A stretch of 64,000 nucleotides of DNA from a virus. Below the pieces are notes generated by a model. That model was given only the letters and a program-made list of their open reading frames with translations, searched no databases and was not told where the DNA came from. This document shows positions 8,861 through 18,783 of the stretch, piece by piece. The position numbers and the translations under genes were made by a program. The stretch lies in IMG/VR virus record IMGVR_UViG_3300034062_003747, positions 1-64,000 of that record. One strand, 5' to 3'. The number at the start of each line of letters is the position of its first letter. Positions within the stretch are counted from its first letter, which is position 1.

Positions 8861-11800
8861 AACTTTACATAACTAAATCCATTTGTTTTTTTAATTTCTA
8901 TTAAACCATCCACCACATCTCTCATTGAGTCGATATGGGATATAATCATTACAAAATCGAATTGTGTCTTCAAATAAGTGAATAACATGAATAGAGATTG
9001 TAAGTTCTCACTATCTAATGTTCCGAACCCCTCATCTATAACTAGGAAGTTAGGACGAGGAAGGTTACATACATTGATTAAAGCCACCCTAATTGCAAGT
9101 CCAGAGATAAACCTCTCCATACCACTACACATCTCCAAAGACCACTTATTATCCCCGTATACGAGGTAAGCATTGATGTTTTTACCATCCATCTCTAATT
9201 GCATTCCAAACTCCACAATTTGTGCCAAAATGTTATTAACCTCACCCTCAATCATTGGTAGTGATTTTTCAATCAATTCATACGATACCCCATCTTTATT
9301 TAGGGCGTTAAGGTAATATTCGTATAATTTCGATTGTTCCTCTAAATCCTTAACCTCTTTGATTTTATCCTCTAATGTATCTCTTTGTGATTGTAGGGAT
9401 GAAACTCTACCATTTAATTCTAATAACTTTTTATTTGTTTTTGTAAACTGAGTCTTGTTAGTATCAAGGGTTTCTCTTACAAATTTGATTTCTTCCCTAA
9501 TTTCACCATTCTTTTTGATTTGTTCTTCATTCTTATAATACTCATCAATTAGTTTAATTTGTTCGGCAATTTGTGTTTGAACTCTGATTTCCTCAGTTTC
9601 GGATGTTGATAACTTGTTAATAAGTGAAGAAATTTCTCTATCAATTTTGGTTTCCTTTTCCTTAGTATCCGTTAAATTAACCCAATCTGTCTCATATGGG
9701 GTCAATGATGCAATCGTTAACTCTAACGCATCCTTTGTAGTATTTGCAGTAGTAATATATCCATTTACCTCATTTAACGTTGTTTCAACCTCATCTTTAC
9801 TTTGTAGGATTGTTTCCGAATTTTCCATACAAATATTACAATCTGGGTTATATTTGTGTAAATCCAAATGTTCTTTTTTATCAACCAAAGATGTATGCCA
9901 AATCCCTAATTTATCTAATTCATGCTTAGTATTACCTAAATCCGTTTTAGCAACCCCCAATTCGGTTATCTTTGTTTCTAACTCATCTTCGTTAAAACCA
10001 TCAATTATTTCCTCTAATTGTAATTGTAAAGCCTCTAATTTATCAATACGGTCTTGTGTAGCATTTTTAGTATCTAATATCTCAGTCTCCTTATCAGTAA
10101 GAATTTTCTTTCTTTTTTCTAATTCCTCTATTCCAATATTATCTGAGTTTAATTTAACAATTTTACCGTTTAAACGAATTAAATCCTTGTTTAAAGTTTC
10201 CTCTTCCGTTTTAATTCCACCCAATTCAATATCAACTAATTTGTATTCATTTGTTGTTTCTGTCAATTGAGTTTTAATTTCAGCTAACTTAGAGGTAAAA
10301 TCATCAGATTTGAATTTTTTGATTAAAGTGGCGTTATCTCTATTTTCATCTGCTGCAACTGTATATAGTTTATCAAAGATATCTACACCGATAAATTGAG
10401 AAAGTATTTCTTTTCTTTCTGATTGTGATTTATCAATGAATAAAGCATTGTTTCCTTGTAGAGAAAGGGAGGTTAGAACAAAATCCTCAAATTTACCTAA
10501 ATATCGTTCAATATTTTTATTCGTATCTCTACGTTGTTCACCATTTAATGAGGTAGTAACTCCGGCATCTTCTTTCCAAAAATTTACATTTACGGAAAGA
10601 TTAGTTCCCTTACGTGTCCATCGTGCACTACGTTCAATGAAGTAATCTACACCATCAATTTCAAAGTTAAATTTACAATAGAAATTATCTTTTTGATTAT
10701 TTAGAATATTTTTTGATGATGAACTCCTTGATGTTTTATCAAAGATACAAAATGAAAGGGCATCGAAAAGGGATGATTTACCACTTGCATTTGGTGCAAA
10801 TATACCAATCACTCCCTGTGCGTTTTCAAATCTAACTTTGTTACCTTCACCATATGAGAACATATTTGAGAACTCTAAAGTCTTAGGCACCCAAAGTATA
10901 TTTTCAGCCAATTCTGAATCATCAATTCGGTGATTCATCTCTTTATTGATTTCAGAAATTTTATCTAAATCAGAATCCTCTAATAGAAATTGTCTTTCTA
11001 AATAATCTCTAATCAATTGATTTTGAAAAGTTTCATCTTTTACATTACCAACAATATTTTTGTTTAATTTTGAATTTGTTTTTAATTGACCAATAGTATC
11101 CGTTCTTGTTACGGTCACCTCTGCAACATTAAATAATTCTTTAAGTTCAGTAATACGCAACTTCATTTCTGATGCTTCGGTATTAGTGAATCTTAATCTT
11201 AAACGTGGGTTCTTAGGTAATTTTGTATCAATCTCATCATATACCCATTGTGGTATCTGTCCGTTGACTACATCAATTGTAAGGAATCCATAATCATTAT
11301 GAAGATGGTGTTCGGTAAATGTACGAGTTGGAACATCCCATAATAAATACCCGTGATTCTCCAACATCTCTCCGTGATTTTGTTGAACCATTGAACCTGC
11401 ATATGCTACGTGTTCCCATCCTTCACCAAATGTTTGACGTTTGTGGATATCACCTAACATTGCCATATCAAATCCTTCAAACATATCGACGGTGAATGAA
11501 TTTGATGATACTACATAACCAATATCAGTTTGTGCTTTGTTTACCGGCCCGTGGAAAAGACAGATTTTGTTTTCACCCTCAATATCCTTAGCCAACGGCC
11601 AGTTTTCTTTTTTATCCAATATGGAATAAACAACAAAAGTAATATTGTTGTAATTGTAGACACCAGTATCGCGTAGATAATGGATGTGAGGATTGTTAAG
11701 ATTATCAATAATGGGCGTAAGAACATCTAGTCTATGGTTGTTGTTTAAGTTACAATCGTGGTTACCGGTTATTAAGAAAGTTTCTCTTAATTTTGAACAT

Positions 11801-12012
11801 TCGGTTAAAAACCAACTAATCTCTCTAATAAGTTCAGGAGACATCTCAGTTTTAGCATGAGCAATATCTCCTGCTAAATAAATAATAGAATCTTCAATTT
11901 TATCGTCTTCTACTTGTTTTAAAAACTTTTTGAATACTTCTTTGTATTCTTTGTGTCTTTGCAAATTTCTAATGTGTAAATCTGCTAAGTGATATATTTT
12001 GTTAATAATCAT
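8857..12012 (-). CDS. Fused SbcD (Mre11/gp47-like) nuclease and SbcC (Rad50/gp46-like) ATPase
   Basis: N-terminal DLH, GD, GNHD and GDIH phosphoesterase motifs; Walker A (NASGKSS); coiled coil with CxxC zinc hook (CNIC); signature SGMER; Walker B IDEGFG. Confidence 0.92.
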   Translation of the reverse strand: MIINKIYHLADLHIRNLQRHKEYKEVFKKFLKQVEDDKIEDSIIYLAGDIAHAKTEMSPELIREISWFLTECSKLRETFLITGNHDCNLNNNHRLDVLTPIIDNLNNPHIHYLRDTGVYNYNNITFVVYSILDKKENWPLAKDIEGENKICLFHGPVNKAQTDIGYVVSSNSFTVDMFEGFDMAMLGDIHKRQTFGEGWEHVAYAGSMVQQNHGEMLENHGYLLWDVPTRTFTEHHLHNDYGFLTIDVVNGQIPQWVYDEIDTKLPKNPRLRLRFTNTEASEMKLRITELKELFNVAEVTVTRTDTIGQLKTNSKLNKNIVGNVKDETFQNQLIRDYLERQFLLEDSDLDKISEINKEMNHRIDDSELAENILWVPKTLEFSNMFSYGEGNKVRFENAQGVIGIFAPNASGKSSLFDALSFCIFDKTSRSSSSKNILNNQKDNFYCKFNFEIDGVDYFIERSARWTRKGTNLSVNVNFWKEDAGVTTSLNGEQRRDTNKNIERYLGKFEDFVLTSLSLQGNNALFIDKSQSERKEILSQFIGVDIFDKLYTVAADENRDNATLIKKFKSDDFTSKLAEIKTQLTETTNEYKLVDIELGGIKTEEETLNKDLIRLNGKIVKLNSDNIGIEELEKRKKILTDKETEILDTKNATQDRIDKLEALQLQLEEIIDGFNEDELETKITELGVAKTDLGNTKHELDKLGIWHTSLVDKKEHLDLHKYNPDCNICMENSETILQSKDEVETTLNEVNGYITTANTTKDALELTIASLTPYETDWVNLTDTKEKETKIDREISSLINKLSTSETEEIRVQTQIAEQIKLIDEYYKNEEQIKKNGEIREEIKFVRETLDTNKTQFTKTNKKLLELNGRVSSLQSQRDTLEDKIKEVKDLEEQSKLYEYYLNALNKDGVSYELIEKSLPMIEGEVNNILAQIVEFGMQLEMDGKNINAYLVYGDNKWSLEMCSGMERFISGLAIRVALINVCNLPRPNFLVIDEGFGTLDSENLQSLFMLFTYLKTQFDFVMIISHIDSMRDVVDGLIEIKKTNGFSYVKF

Positions 12013-12025
12013 AAATTAATTTAAG

Positions 12026-13162
12026 TTATAGTAACTTAGTGTTTGGTGGGGTTTTATATTTATTTAAATCATATTTAAATTCTGCATATTTTATTAAATT
12101 AAAATTTTTTTCTATATTTCTTATATTTGTCTGATAATAAGAAAATAGGTCATCCATAGTCATTTTATGAATAACATCTAAATTTTTTTTATATTGTTCT
12201 AATATACTACTGATATTAAATTTTGGAGTTATATCGAAAAGGTCTTCCGCTAACCAAAAACCACAATCTTTTAGGTATGAATTTAAATGAGTACTACCTA
12301 ATATTAGGGGTATGTTTTGTGATATAAACGGATTCCAACTTTTTTCACTTACATGAATTAACTCTTCCGTTAATATTTGCGTTTCTAATATACAACTAAC
12401 GTATGATGTCATAGTAATTGGTAATGGAGGTAATTCAACATTAACCGACCCCTGCATACTTCTTTCCATCGGTGTGTCCAATATTACTGGCAATTTATTT
12501 TTTTTAAATTCTAATAATTTTTTATTAATATCAGAATCATTATAATTACAATTAAATCCACTATATCCTAACCAGGAATCTGTGTCTAATCCTATATTAT
12601 AAACATATTTAAAAACTTCTAATCTTTCTACTTTATCTACCCCAATAATCATATTCATCTTTTTCTGACGTACATTATGTTTATATATTTGGGTGATGTA
12701 TTCTAAATGAGGCCAATATTCTTGTAATGGTACACGATATCTATAATAATTACAATTTAAATTATAAGTTGATGGGTCTATATTAATAGTTTGGAACTTA
12801 TTTGAAAAAATTGTGTAGTGTTCAGTATCCATATACTCCATCTGATTATCATCATCAAATATAATGATTTTACAATTATTATATTTTTTTGATAATTCTA
12901 CTATGGTTTCTAATGCTTTTGGTATACCATCATCATTACCAATATATTTTGTATCAAATACAACAACATCACCGGGTTGAGGATTTATTTTATCAAATTT
13001 TTCGATTAGTTTATCATAATAAGGGGGGTCACCAATTAACTTTTGTTCAATTTCCTCTTTATCATCAAATGAATGAAAAGTATATTCTTGTTTTGGATTT
13101 AAAATATCATACCATGCCGTATATGACCCTTTACCTATGTGTTGTGCTATAATATGAATCAT
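12026..13162 (-). CDS. Putative glycosyltransferase-like protein (distant paralog of 55076 and 63009)
   Basis: Shared C-terminal block ILET...SEKS/T...PLI/PFI. Ends in KLL. Confidence 0.45.
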   Translation of the reverse strand: MIHIIAQHIGKGSYTAWYDILNPKQEYTFHSFDDKEEIEQKLIGDPPYYDKLIEKFDKINPQPGDVVVFDTKYIGNDDGIPKALETIVELSKKYNNCKIIIFDDDNQMEYMDTEHYTIFSNKFQTINIDPSTYNLNCNYYRYRVPLQEYWPHLEYITQIYKHNVRQKKMNMIIGVDKVERLEVFKYVYNIGLDTDSWLGYSGFNCNYNDSDINKKLLEFKKNKLPVILDTPMERSMQGSVNVELPPLPITMTSYVSCILETQILTEELIHVSEKSWNPFISQNIPLILGSTHLNSYLKDCGFWLAEDLFDITPKFNISSILEQYKKNLDVIHKMTMDDLFSYYQTNIRNIEKNFNLIKYAEFKYDLNKYKTPPNTKLL

Positions 13163-14097
13163 AATTGATTTAATTTTTGAAGAATTATATCTTCGTAATT
13201 TGTTTCTATTTTATTTTTAATAATTTTATTTATTTCAGTAAACCCAATATCCGCTGCATCTTTACCAGATGGAATAATATTTTTTATTTGGAATCCTTGC
13301 TTTTGAAAATACATTGTATAGTATAAGGCTTGGTCTTGTGCATCGGTATCTAATAAAATGTTTAGATTACGAACACCTCTTTCATATATACTATCCATTA
13401 ATTTTTTGGGAATAAATTTTCCTAATATCGGAATAGCGTTTCTTCTAACCGCCATTGCATCAAAAGCACCTTCACAAATAGTAATGGGTTCGTTCCAATT
13501 AATTTGGTTTTCAAACATAATTACATTCTTTGAAACAGGCGGGTTTTTATATTTGTATGGTTCATCATCAAATACGGAACGTGCAATAAAGTAATTTAAT
13601 TTATTGTTTATATCATATGATGGTATAATAATTCTACCCGAATATAACCCACCATCACAATATCCAATATTATATTTAATAATATCTGAATTTCGTATTC
13701 CTCTTAGGGTTGCGTAGTGTCTTACCTTTTTATATATGGGTTTAAAACCAGTTGGTATTTCTGCTAACGATTTAAATTCTTTCGGTAATCGTAATTCAAT
13801 TTGGTCTTCCTCTATTTGAGATGATACGATATAATCATCACCATATATCTCATATACCTTACGAAGTTTAGAAACATCGACTTGTAATTTTTTAAGTAAT
13901 CCTTGTATTCTCTTACCCTTAGAATCACACACCCAACAATGCCATTGTTGTGTATCTAAATTCACTTGGAGTTTCTTTTTATGATGATGACAGAATGGAC
14001 AATAATGAGCCTGTTCATTTCCCTTTAAGGCCGACCCCGGTCCTAAGACATCATCTAAAATACTAACGATTGTTAATTTATCTGTGTTTGATACCAT
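13159..14097 (-). CDS. DNA primase (zinc finger + TOPRIM)
   Basis: CPFC...HCWVC zinc finger, RIIIP, KYKNP, EGAFDA and DxD TOPRIM motifs. Confidence 0.9.
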   Translation of the reverse strand: MVSNTDKLTIVSILDDVLGPGSALKGNEQAHYCPFCHHHKKKLQVNLDTQQWHCWVCDSKGKRIQGLLKKLQVDVSKLRKVYEIYGDDYIVSSQIEEDQIELRLPKEFKSLAEIPTGFKPIYKKVRHYATLRGIRNSDIIKYNIGYCDGGLYSGRIIIPSYDINNKLNYFIARSVFDDEPYKYKNPPVSKNVIMFENQINWNEPITICEGAFDAMAVRRNAIPILGKFIPKKLMDSIYERGVRNLNILLDTDAQDQALYYTMYFQKQGFQIKNIIPSGKDAADIGFTEINKIIKNKIETNYEDIILQKLNQL

Positions 14098-14120
14098 ATA
14101 TTATAACGCTACTAATATAG

Positions 14121-14152
14121 TAAAGATACGAAATAAATCTGATATTTCCAAA
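14121..14152 (-). promoter_or_regulatory. Bacteroidota-type primary-sigma promoter (TTTG-N20-TATCTTTA)
   Basis: -33 TTTG at 14152-14149, 20-nt spacer, -7 box at 14128-14121; upstream of the primase. Confidence 0.7.
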
Positions 14153-14187
14153 TTTATGTACGTTTATTATATTTGCATTAAGTCTAA

Positions 14188-14219
14188 CAAAGATACGACA
14201 AATTTATGAGATTTCCAAA
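14188..14219 (-). promoter_or_regulatory. Bacteroidota-type promoter (TTTG-N20-TATCTTTG)
   Basis: Perfect consensus; in tandem with the previous promoter. Confidence 0.75.
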
Positions 14220-14608
14220 TCTCTTTTGAAGAATTTTCCCATTAAGTTCTCATTTAGAGATTTTTCATCTGCTAATACGTTGTTTGCAAATTGTTCTTGT
14301 AATTCGTAATATGTGAGGGCTTTCTTTGATTGACAAAATCGTAGGATTTCTTTGGTAATGGGTTCATTTGTCCATGTTTTAACAACATCATTTGATGAAC
14401 AATAATCTTGCCATTTCATTTCTTTGACAACTTTACGATTTCGTTTATACCCCTTTAATGGGGCTAGAGTTCTATGTGAGTATAAACTTTTTTTACCAAT
14501 ATAATATTGGCCGGTTATATTGTGGGTTATTTTATAAATAAAACCAATTGTACCTTCGGGCATTTCAGATATTTCTGATATAACTTTTTCTTTATATATC
14601 CAATTCAT
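14204..14608 (-). CDS. GIY-YIG family endonuclease
   Basis: GFIYKIT...YYIGKK motif, W.DY.SS, and conserved Glu and Asn. Confidence 0.75.
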   Translation of the reverse strand: MNWIYKEKVISEISEMPEGTIGFIYKITHNITGQYYIGKKSLYSHRTLAPLKGYKRNRKVVKEMKWQDYCSSNDVVKTWTNEPITKEILRFCQSKKALTYYELQEQFANNVLADEKSLNENLMGKFFKRDLEIS

Positions 14609-15164
14609 AATTAAAATTTTGAAAATCGTCTTTATATTTAGTTCTAACCCAATCTTTTATCCAATCTTCCCTATACAAAGATTTATAATATTTGTGTTGA
14701 TTTAAAGTTGGGTGTCTTTCGTATATAGAGTTTTTATTCAGATGTGGTATTCTAGGAGTAGGGTGTCCTAATTTTTGGAATAGGAAATTTACATCGTTTG
14801 AGTAATTTTCATACCTGCCTATAAAACTAATGTTTCGTTTTTCAGTTTTATTATTATTTACAAAAAATGTTTGAGGGAAATATAAGAAGTTGTATTCAAA
14901 AATAGATTTAATAAAATTACCAAAGGTTTTATTACACCCCATTCTCAATTCATGATGATACCACGATGCTAATCTTGTAAAAGGATTTCTAACAAATGTA
15001 AAAATAAAATAATCTTCAATATCTCCAAATGCGGATAAATCGTTATGTGTAGTTACAAACTCCGTTCCTTTAATTGTTGAGAGAATTTCACTAAGGGAGT
15101 TACCACCAGTTTTAGGTATATGAAGAAACGCCCACTTTTCGGAATGGTTTATTAATAACGCCAA
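14592..15164 (-). CDS. Sulfotransferase family protein
   Basis: PAPS-binding FLHIPKTGGNS and FVRNPFTRLAS motifs; FIGRYE. Confidence 0.85.
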   Translation of the reverse strand: MALLINHSEKWAFLHIPKTGGNSLSEILSTIKGTEFVTTHNDLSAFGDIEDYFIFTFVRNPFTRLASWYHHELRMGCNKTFGNFIKSIFEYNFLYFPQTFFVNNNKTEKRNISFIGRYENYSNDVNFLFQKLGHPTPRIPHLNKNSIYERHPTLNQHKYYKSLYREDWIKDWVRTKYKDDFQNFNYELDI

Positions 15165-15174
15165 ACGGATTTAT

Positions 15175-15357
15175 TTAAGGTTTAACGGTAGTAGAATACT
15201 TTGTATCTTTTAACTTACCACCTCTAGATTTAGCAAGTTTTGCTTCATCTACATTTGCTTTGAAAGATTTATCTTCAGAAAGAGGTGTCTTATCTTTAGA
15301 TTTATCTGCCAATTTAGCAAAATCAGAATTTTTATATAAGTCTAATATACTAGCCAT
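15175..15357 (-). CDS. Small basic hypothetical protein
   Basis: 60-aa ORF tightly packed in the operon. Confidence 0.6.
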   Translation of the reverse strand: MASILDLYKNSDFAKLADKSKDKTPLSEDKSFKANVDEAKLAKSRGGKLKDTKYSTTVKP

Positions 15358-15362
15358 ATTGA

Positions 15363-15569
15363 TTAATCCTCGTTATTTCTTTTTACAAATCTAACATTAT
15401 CACCATGTTGGTTGGTTAAATCTGTACGAACTTCTTCTTCTGCTGGATACCAGAAGTAAGCAAACTCTGGTGTATTTTCTTGATTTACAAACAATTGGTC
15501 TGCAGTTTCTTGAGAAATATTTTCTTCAATTATAGAATTATCTATCTTAATAATATTAAATGTTGCCAT
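15363..15569 (-). CDS. Hypothetical protein
   Basis: 68-aa ORF downstream of a late-motif copy (15597-15605). Confidence 0.6.
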   Translation of the reverse strand: MATFNIIKIDNSIIEENISQETADQLFVNQENTPEFAYFWYPAEEEVRTDLTNQHGDNVRFVKRNNED

Positions 15570-15596
15570 AGTATGTTTTTGGTTTTTTATTACTTA

Positions 15597-15605
15597 TATA
15601 AATAT
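15597..15605 (-). promoter_or_regulatory. Putative late promoter motif ATATTTATA
   Basis: Intergenic, 27 nt upstream of the ATG at 15569. Confidence 0.5.
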
Positions 15606-15618
15606 AACATTTTTATTT

Positions 15619-16749
15619 TTAAGTATCAAATCGAACTAAAAAGTTAAGATTGTAATCTGGTAAGTTTTTTATTGGTTTTGGTAATTTAGCAACAACTAAT
15701 AGATTATCATCATCATCGTATAATCCAATTGTAGTAATGTAGGTAGTTAAATAAGAACCATTCGGGTCAATTGAACCACTTGTATAGTAATCCTCCCACG
15801 AACCACTAACCGAACCATACGACCCGCTAAAAAACTCTCTACGGGATATATCTGATACCTCTTTTATTCTTTTAGTTCCTGCCGGGAATGAGTTGTTCAC
15901 TCCTGTTATTTCAACATCATATGAACCACTAACTAATACGTTAACTGCAGTTGGGTTTTGTGAATAATTAAATTCTCCGCTATTAGCAGAAATTAAAACT
16001 TCGGTTTCATATATTGTTTGAGTTGAACGATAATCTAATGAATATTCATCAAAAAGAATATCATCAGTCATAACAATTAATCCATCATCATAAAATACGT
16101 TACCATGTACTTTTGTTTTTATATCAGTATTATCAAACGTTAATTTAGCCGTAAAATTAATTTTATTATTTTGAAAATCAATTGCAATTATAAAATATTC
16201 ATCAGTATCTCCATTATAAATTAAAGTAGATGACCCATCATTTAAATCCATTGATACGACTTCGATATTATAAACACCGATTCCATCATTAATAGTTAAA
16301 TACCCAACCCCATTATTATCTAAATCAAGACTAACTAATGTATATGAATTACCAACTTCTCTAATAATACCATGTCCATCATCAACAAAATCTAATCCAC
16401 CTGCAGTCAATACAACACTTTGTTTTTTTATCTCCTCACCAAATCGATTTCTATCAATTGGTATTATCTGAAATGTATTAGGAAGTTTTCGTTCATATGC
16501 TAACTCTGCTAAATTTTCTGATGAACCAAATGTTGTAAATGCATTACCTTCTTGTGAATAGTATTTACTTTTTAATGAATTATATAAGGTATGAACAAAA
16601 TAACCTTCACTTTTGTCTGAGTTTTCATCAAATAAACCTGTTTCATTATATACCTTTATGATAGGATATTCTCCCTCATTAGTATTCCAAAGTTTATATA
16701 CATTGAAAGACCTTTTAGATATATTTGATTTGGGTATTGATTTAAACAT
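15619..16749 (-). CDS. Virion structural protein (baseplate/tail-collar-like C-terminus)
   Basis: C-terminal EFNYSQNPT...YITTIGLYDDDDNLLVVAKLPKPI, shared with 16867. Confidence 0.65.
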   Translation of the reverse strand: MFKSIPKSNISKRSFNVYKLWNTNEGEYPIIKVYNETGLFDENSDKSEGYFVHTLYNSLKSKYYSQEGNAFTTFGSSENLAELAYERKLPNTFQIIPIDRNRFGEEIKKQSVVLTAGGLDFVDDGHGIIREVGNSYTLVSLDLDNNGVGYLTINDGIGVYNIEVVSMDLNDGSSTLIYNGDTDEYFIIAIDFQNNKINFTAKLTFDNTDIKTKVHGNVFYDDGLIVMTDDILFDEYSLDYRSTQTIYETEVLISANSGEFNYSQNPTAVNVLVSGSYDVEITGVNNSFPAGTKRIKEVSDISRREFFSGSYGSVSGSWEDYYTSGSIDPNGSYLTTYITTIGLYDDDDNLLVVAKLPKPIKNLPDYNLNFLVRFDT

Positions 16750-16785
16750 AGTGAATTCCTTACCTATATAAGTATTTTAATAACT

Positions 16786-16816
16786 AAAAACCCAACTTTT
16801 TAGGGTTGGGTTCTTT
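16786..16816 (-). terminator. Rho-independent terminator
   Basis: AACCCAAC/GTTGGGTT stem followed by a U-run on the minus strand, downstream of 16867. Confidence 0.7.
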
Positions 16817-16866
16817 AAATATGTTATTTGGTTTTTGTTCTACGATACTCCCAAATAATTTTTTAA

Positions 16867-18084
16867 TTAGAAATCTAATTTAACCGCTATTAAAACTTCT
16901 TTATCAAACGATTTTGCAATCGGTTGTGAAGTTTTAGCAACTGCTAACATTTCGTTAGCATCGTTGTATAGACCAATTGTTGTAATATATGTTCTCGGGT
17001 CTCTTTCAAATGTTGATTCTTGAAAAGAACCATCAGATGAACCACTTGTAAATGTTGGATTATTTGTAAAATTAAATTCTCTATTTGTTGCTCTCACAAA
17101 GTAATGAGATGTAGAAACGTTTTCGGTTCTTCTTGCTTGAAAATCACCACCACCCTTTATTGCGTTGTACAATAAAAATTGATTTTTACCTTCATATGCA
17201 ACACCATCATAAATTGATTTTCCACCAACTGAACCACTATCTATTGATGTACCTATTTTTGAATGAATTGCTGTGGGATTTAATACAATAAGACCCTGGT
17301 CTGGGTAAAATAATCCAAATCCACGTCCATTACTATCATATCTACCATCAATCGTTGCTTCAGACTCTTGTCCTAAATTTAAAGAACCAGATACTACATA
17401 AAATAATCTACCTGCTTTACCAACGGTATCAGAGAATTTTTTACCACTATCATCTATAAAGGTAGTTATACCATTTGAGCCACTTAGGGATAATTCCCAG
17501 TTCCCCGCATCCATTGTTTCTTTATATCTAGCCCTTGCTACGTTAATAATGTAGATATCGTTTGAATTATGTAATCCTTCACCTGATGCTGAATCAAATG
17601 TGAAAAATTCATCCGTTTGGTCTAATAAAATAGAACGATATTGTGCATATGTTGCTTTTGTTGCTAGGGTTGAATCATCATCAATGTTTAATGAAACCGA
17701 ACCACTCGCATATTTGTGTCCATATGCTACAGCAAATTGAATATCATCCGAACCAGATTTATAAACATTTAAATAATAATTTGAACTTACTGCTACAGCT
17801 TGAGTTGAAGATGTTGCATAGGCAGTTAAACTTCCCGTATCACCACTCCAAAGACCAGTTGTTACAACTTCTACCTTACCTGTAATTTGGTCGAATTCGC
17901 CAAATCTTTTGTAAATACCGGTTGTAATTGAACCACCCTGTGCAGCTAATTTATCACCACCTGTCACATATTGGTTTATAAGATTTGATAATTGCTCGGT
18001 AGTTATATTTCCATTACTAGATTGCAAATATGCTGCTAATTCTGATGTTAAATTTACTCCTGCTTGTCCTGTAATTTGTGCCAT
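16867..18084 (-). CDS. Virion structural protein (baseplate/tail-collar-like C-terminus)
   Basis: C-terminal EFNFTNNPT...YITTIGLYNDANEMLAVAKTSQPI; structural operon context. Confidence 0.65.
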   Translation of the reverse strand: MAQITGQAGVNLTSELAAYLQSSNGNITTEQLSNLINQYVTGGDKLAAQGGSITTGIYKRFGEFDQITGKVEVVTTGLWSGDTGSLTAYATSSTQAVAVSSNYYLNVYKSGSDDIQFAVAYGHKYASGSVSLNIDDDSTLATKATYAQYRSILLDQTDEFFTFDSASGEGLHNSNDIYIINVARARYKETMDAGNWELSLSGSNGITTFIDDSGKKFSDTVGKAGRLFYVVSGSLNLGQESEATIDGRYDSNGRGFGLFYPDQGLIVLNPTAIHSKIGTSIDSGSVGGKSIYDGVAYEGKNQFLLYNAIKGGGDFQARRTENVSTSHYFVRATNREFNFTNNPTFTSGSSDGSFQESTFERDPRTYITTIGLYNDANEMLAVAKTSQPIAKSFDKEVLIAVKLDF

Positions 18085-18101
18085 ATTATTTTATTCTCCG
18101 T

Positions 18102-18725
18102 TTAAGCTATATAAGATACGGTCACAGGGATAGTTTGAGAACCACCTGTTTCGTTACCATATACTGTTATAGTTGTCTTAATAGTTTGTGTTGTATTTGG
18201 GTTAGGAATGAATGAGAATGTTAATCCTCTTTCTACTGCTGCAGTTGTTGTGATTTCATCGCCTAAGAATACCGGAATTGTACCCGTTCCTGCTGCGATA
18301 CCACTACCAACAATTGAACCTGCATTTTTATTTGCTAATACAATTGTGTATCCTGCTTGTCCGTTTCCACTTGGTGATGTTGTTGGAGTTAAAGATACCT
18401 GACCACTTCTTTGGTTTACTGAAATTGAAGGAACACCAAATTCTACTTTAGGAATTTTAGTTGTACCTTTTGGTAAAGTTACCAATTTATATTTTAGAAC
18501 TTGAGTTTCATCAGGAGATGCTTCAGTTACAGGAATCGCAATGATTGCTGCATCATAATAAGCAGAACCCTTTGGGTGTGCTGGTTCATAAAGTGTGTAA
18601 TCAATCTCATCATCACCTAATGCGAATTTAGTAATGTTAAGACCTTCTCCAGATGCTAATTTTTCTCTACCTTTCTTAGTAAGAATCGCATCAACTGTGA
18701 TTTCGGAATTATCTAAGTATGCCAT
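18102..18725 (-). CDS. Virion structural protein (tail-collar-like N-terminus)
   Basis: DAILTKKGREKLA...ITKFALGDDEIDY motif. Confidence 0.65.
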   Translation of the reverse strand: MAYLDNSEITVDAILTKKGREKLASGEGLNITKFALGDDEIDYTLYEPAHPKGSAYYDAAIIAIPVTEASPDETQVLKYKLVTLPKGTTKIPKVEFGVPSISVNQRSGQVSLTPTTSPSGNGQAGYTIVLANKNAGSIVGSGIAAGTGTIPVFLGDEITTTAAVERGLTFSFIPNPNTTQTIKTTITVYGNETGGSQTIPVTVSYIA

Positions 18726-18755
18726 AATTTTTGTATTTTCTTTTTTACTTTCGTA

Positions 18756-18764
18756 TATAAATAT
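18756..18764 (-). promoter_or_regulatory. Putative late promoter motif ATATTTATA
   Basis: Intergenic, 30 nt upstream of the ATG at 18725. Confidence 0.5.
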
Positions 18765-18783
18765 AAGTATTTAATAATTTTCA

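Noticed and set aside
11541-11726. Overlapping 61-aa hydrophobic ORF inside sbcD, in a slightly GC-richer patch
   Set aside because: No regulatory signal or recognisable motif; likely a chance frame.
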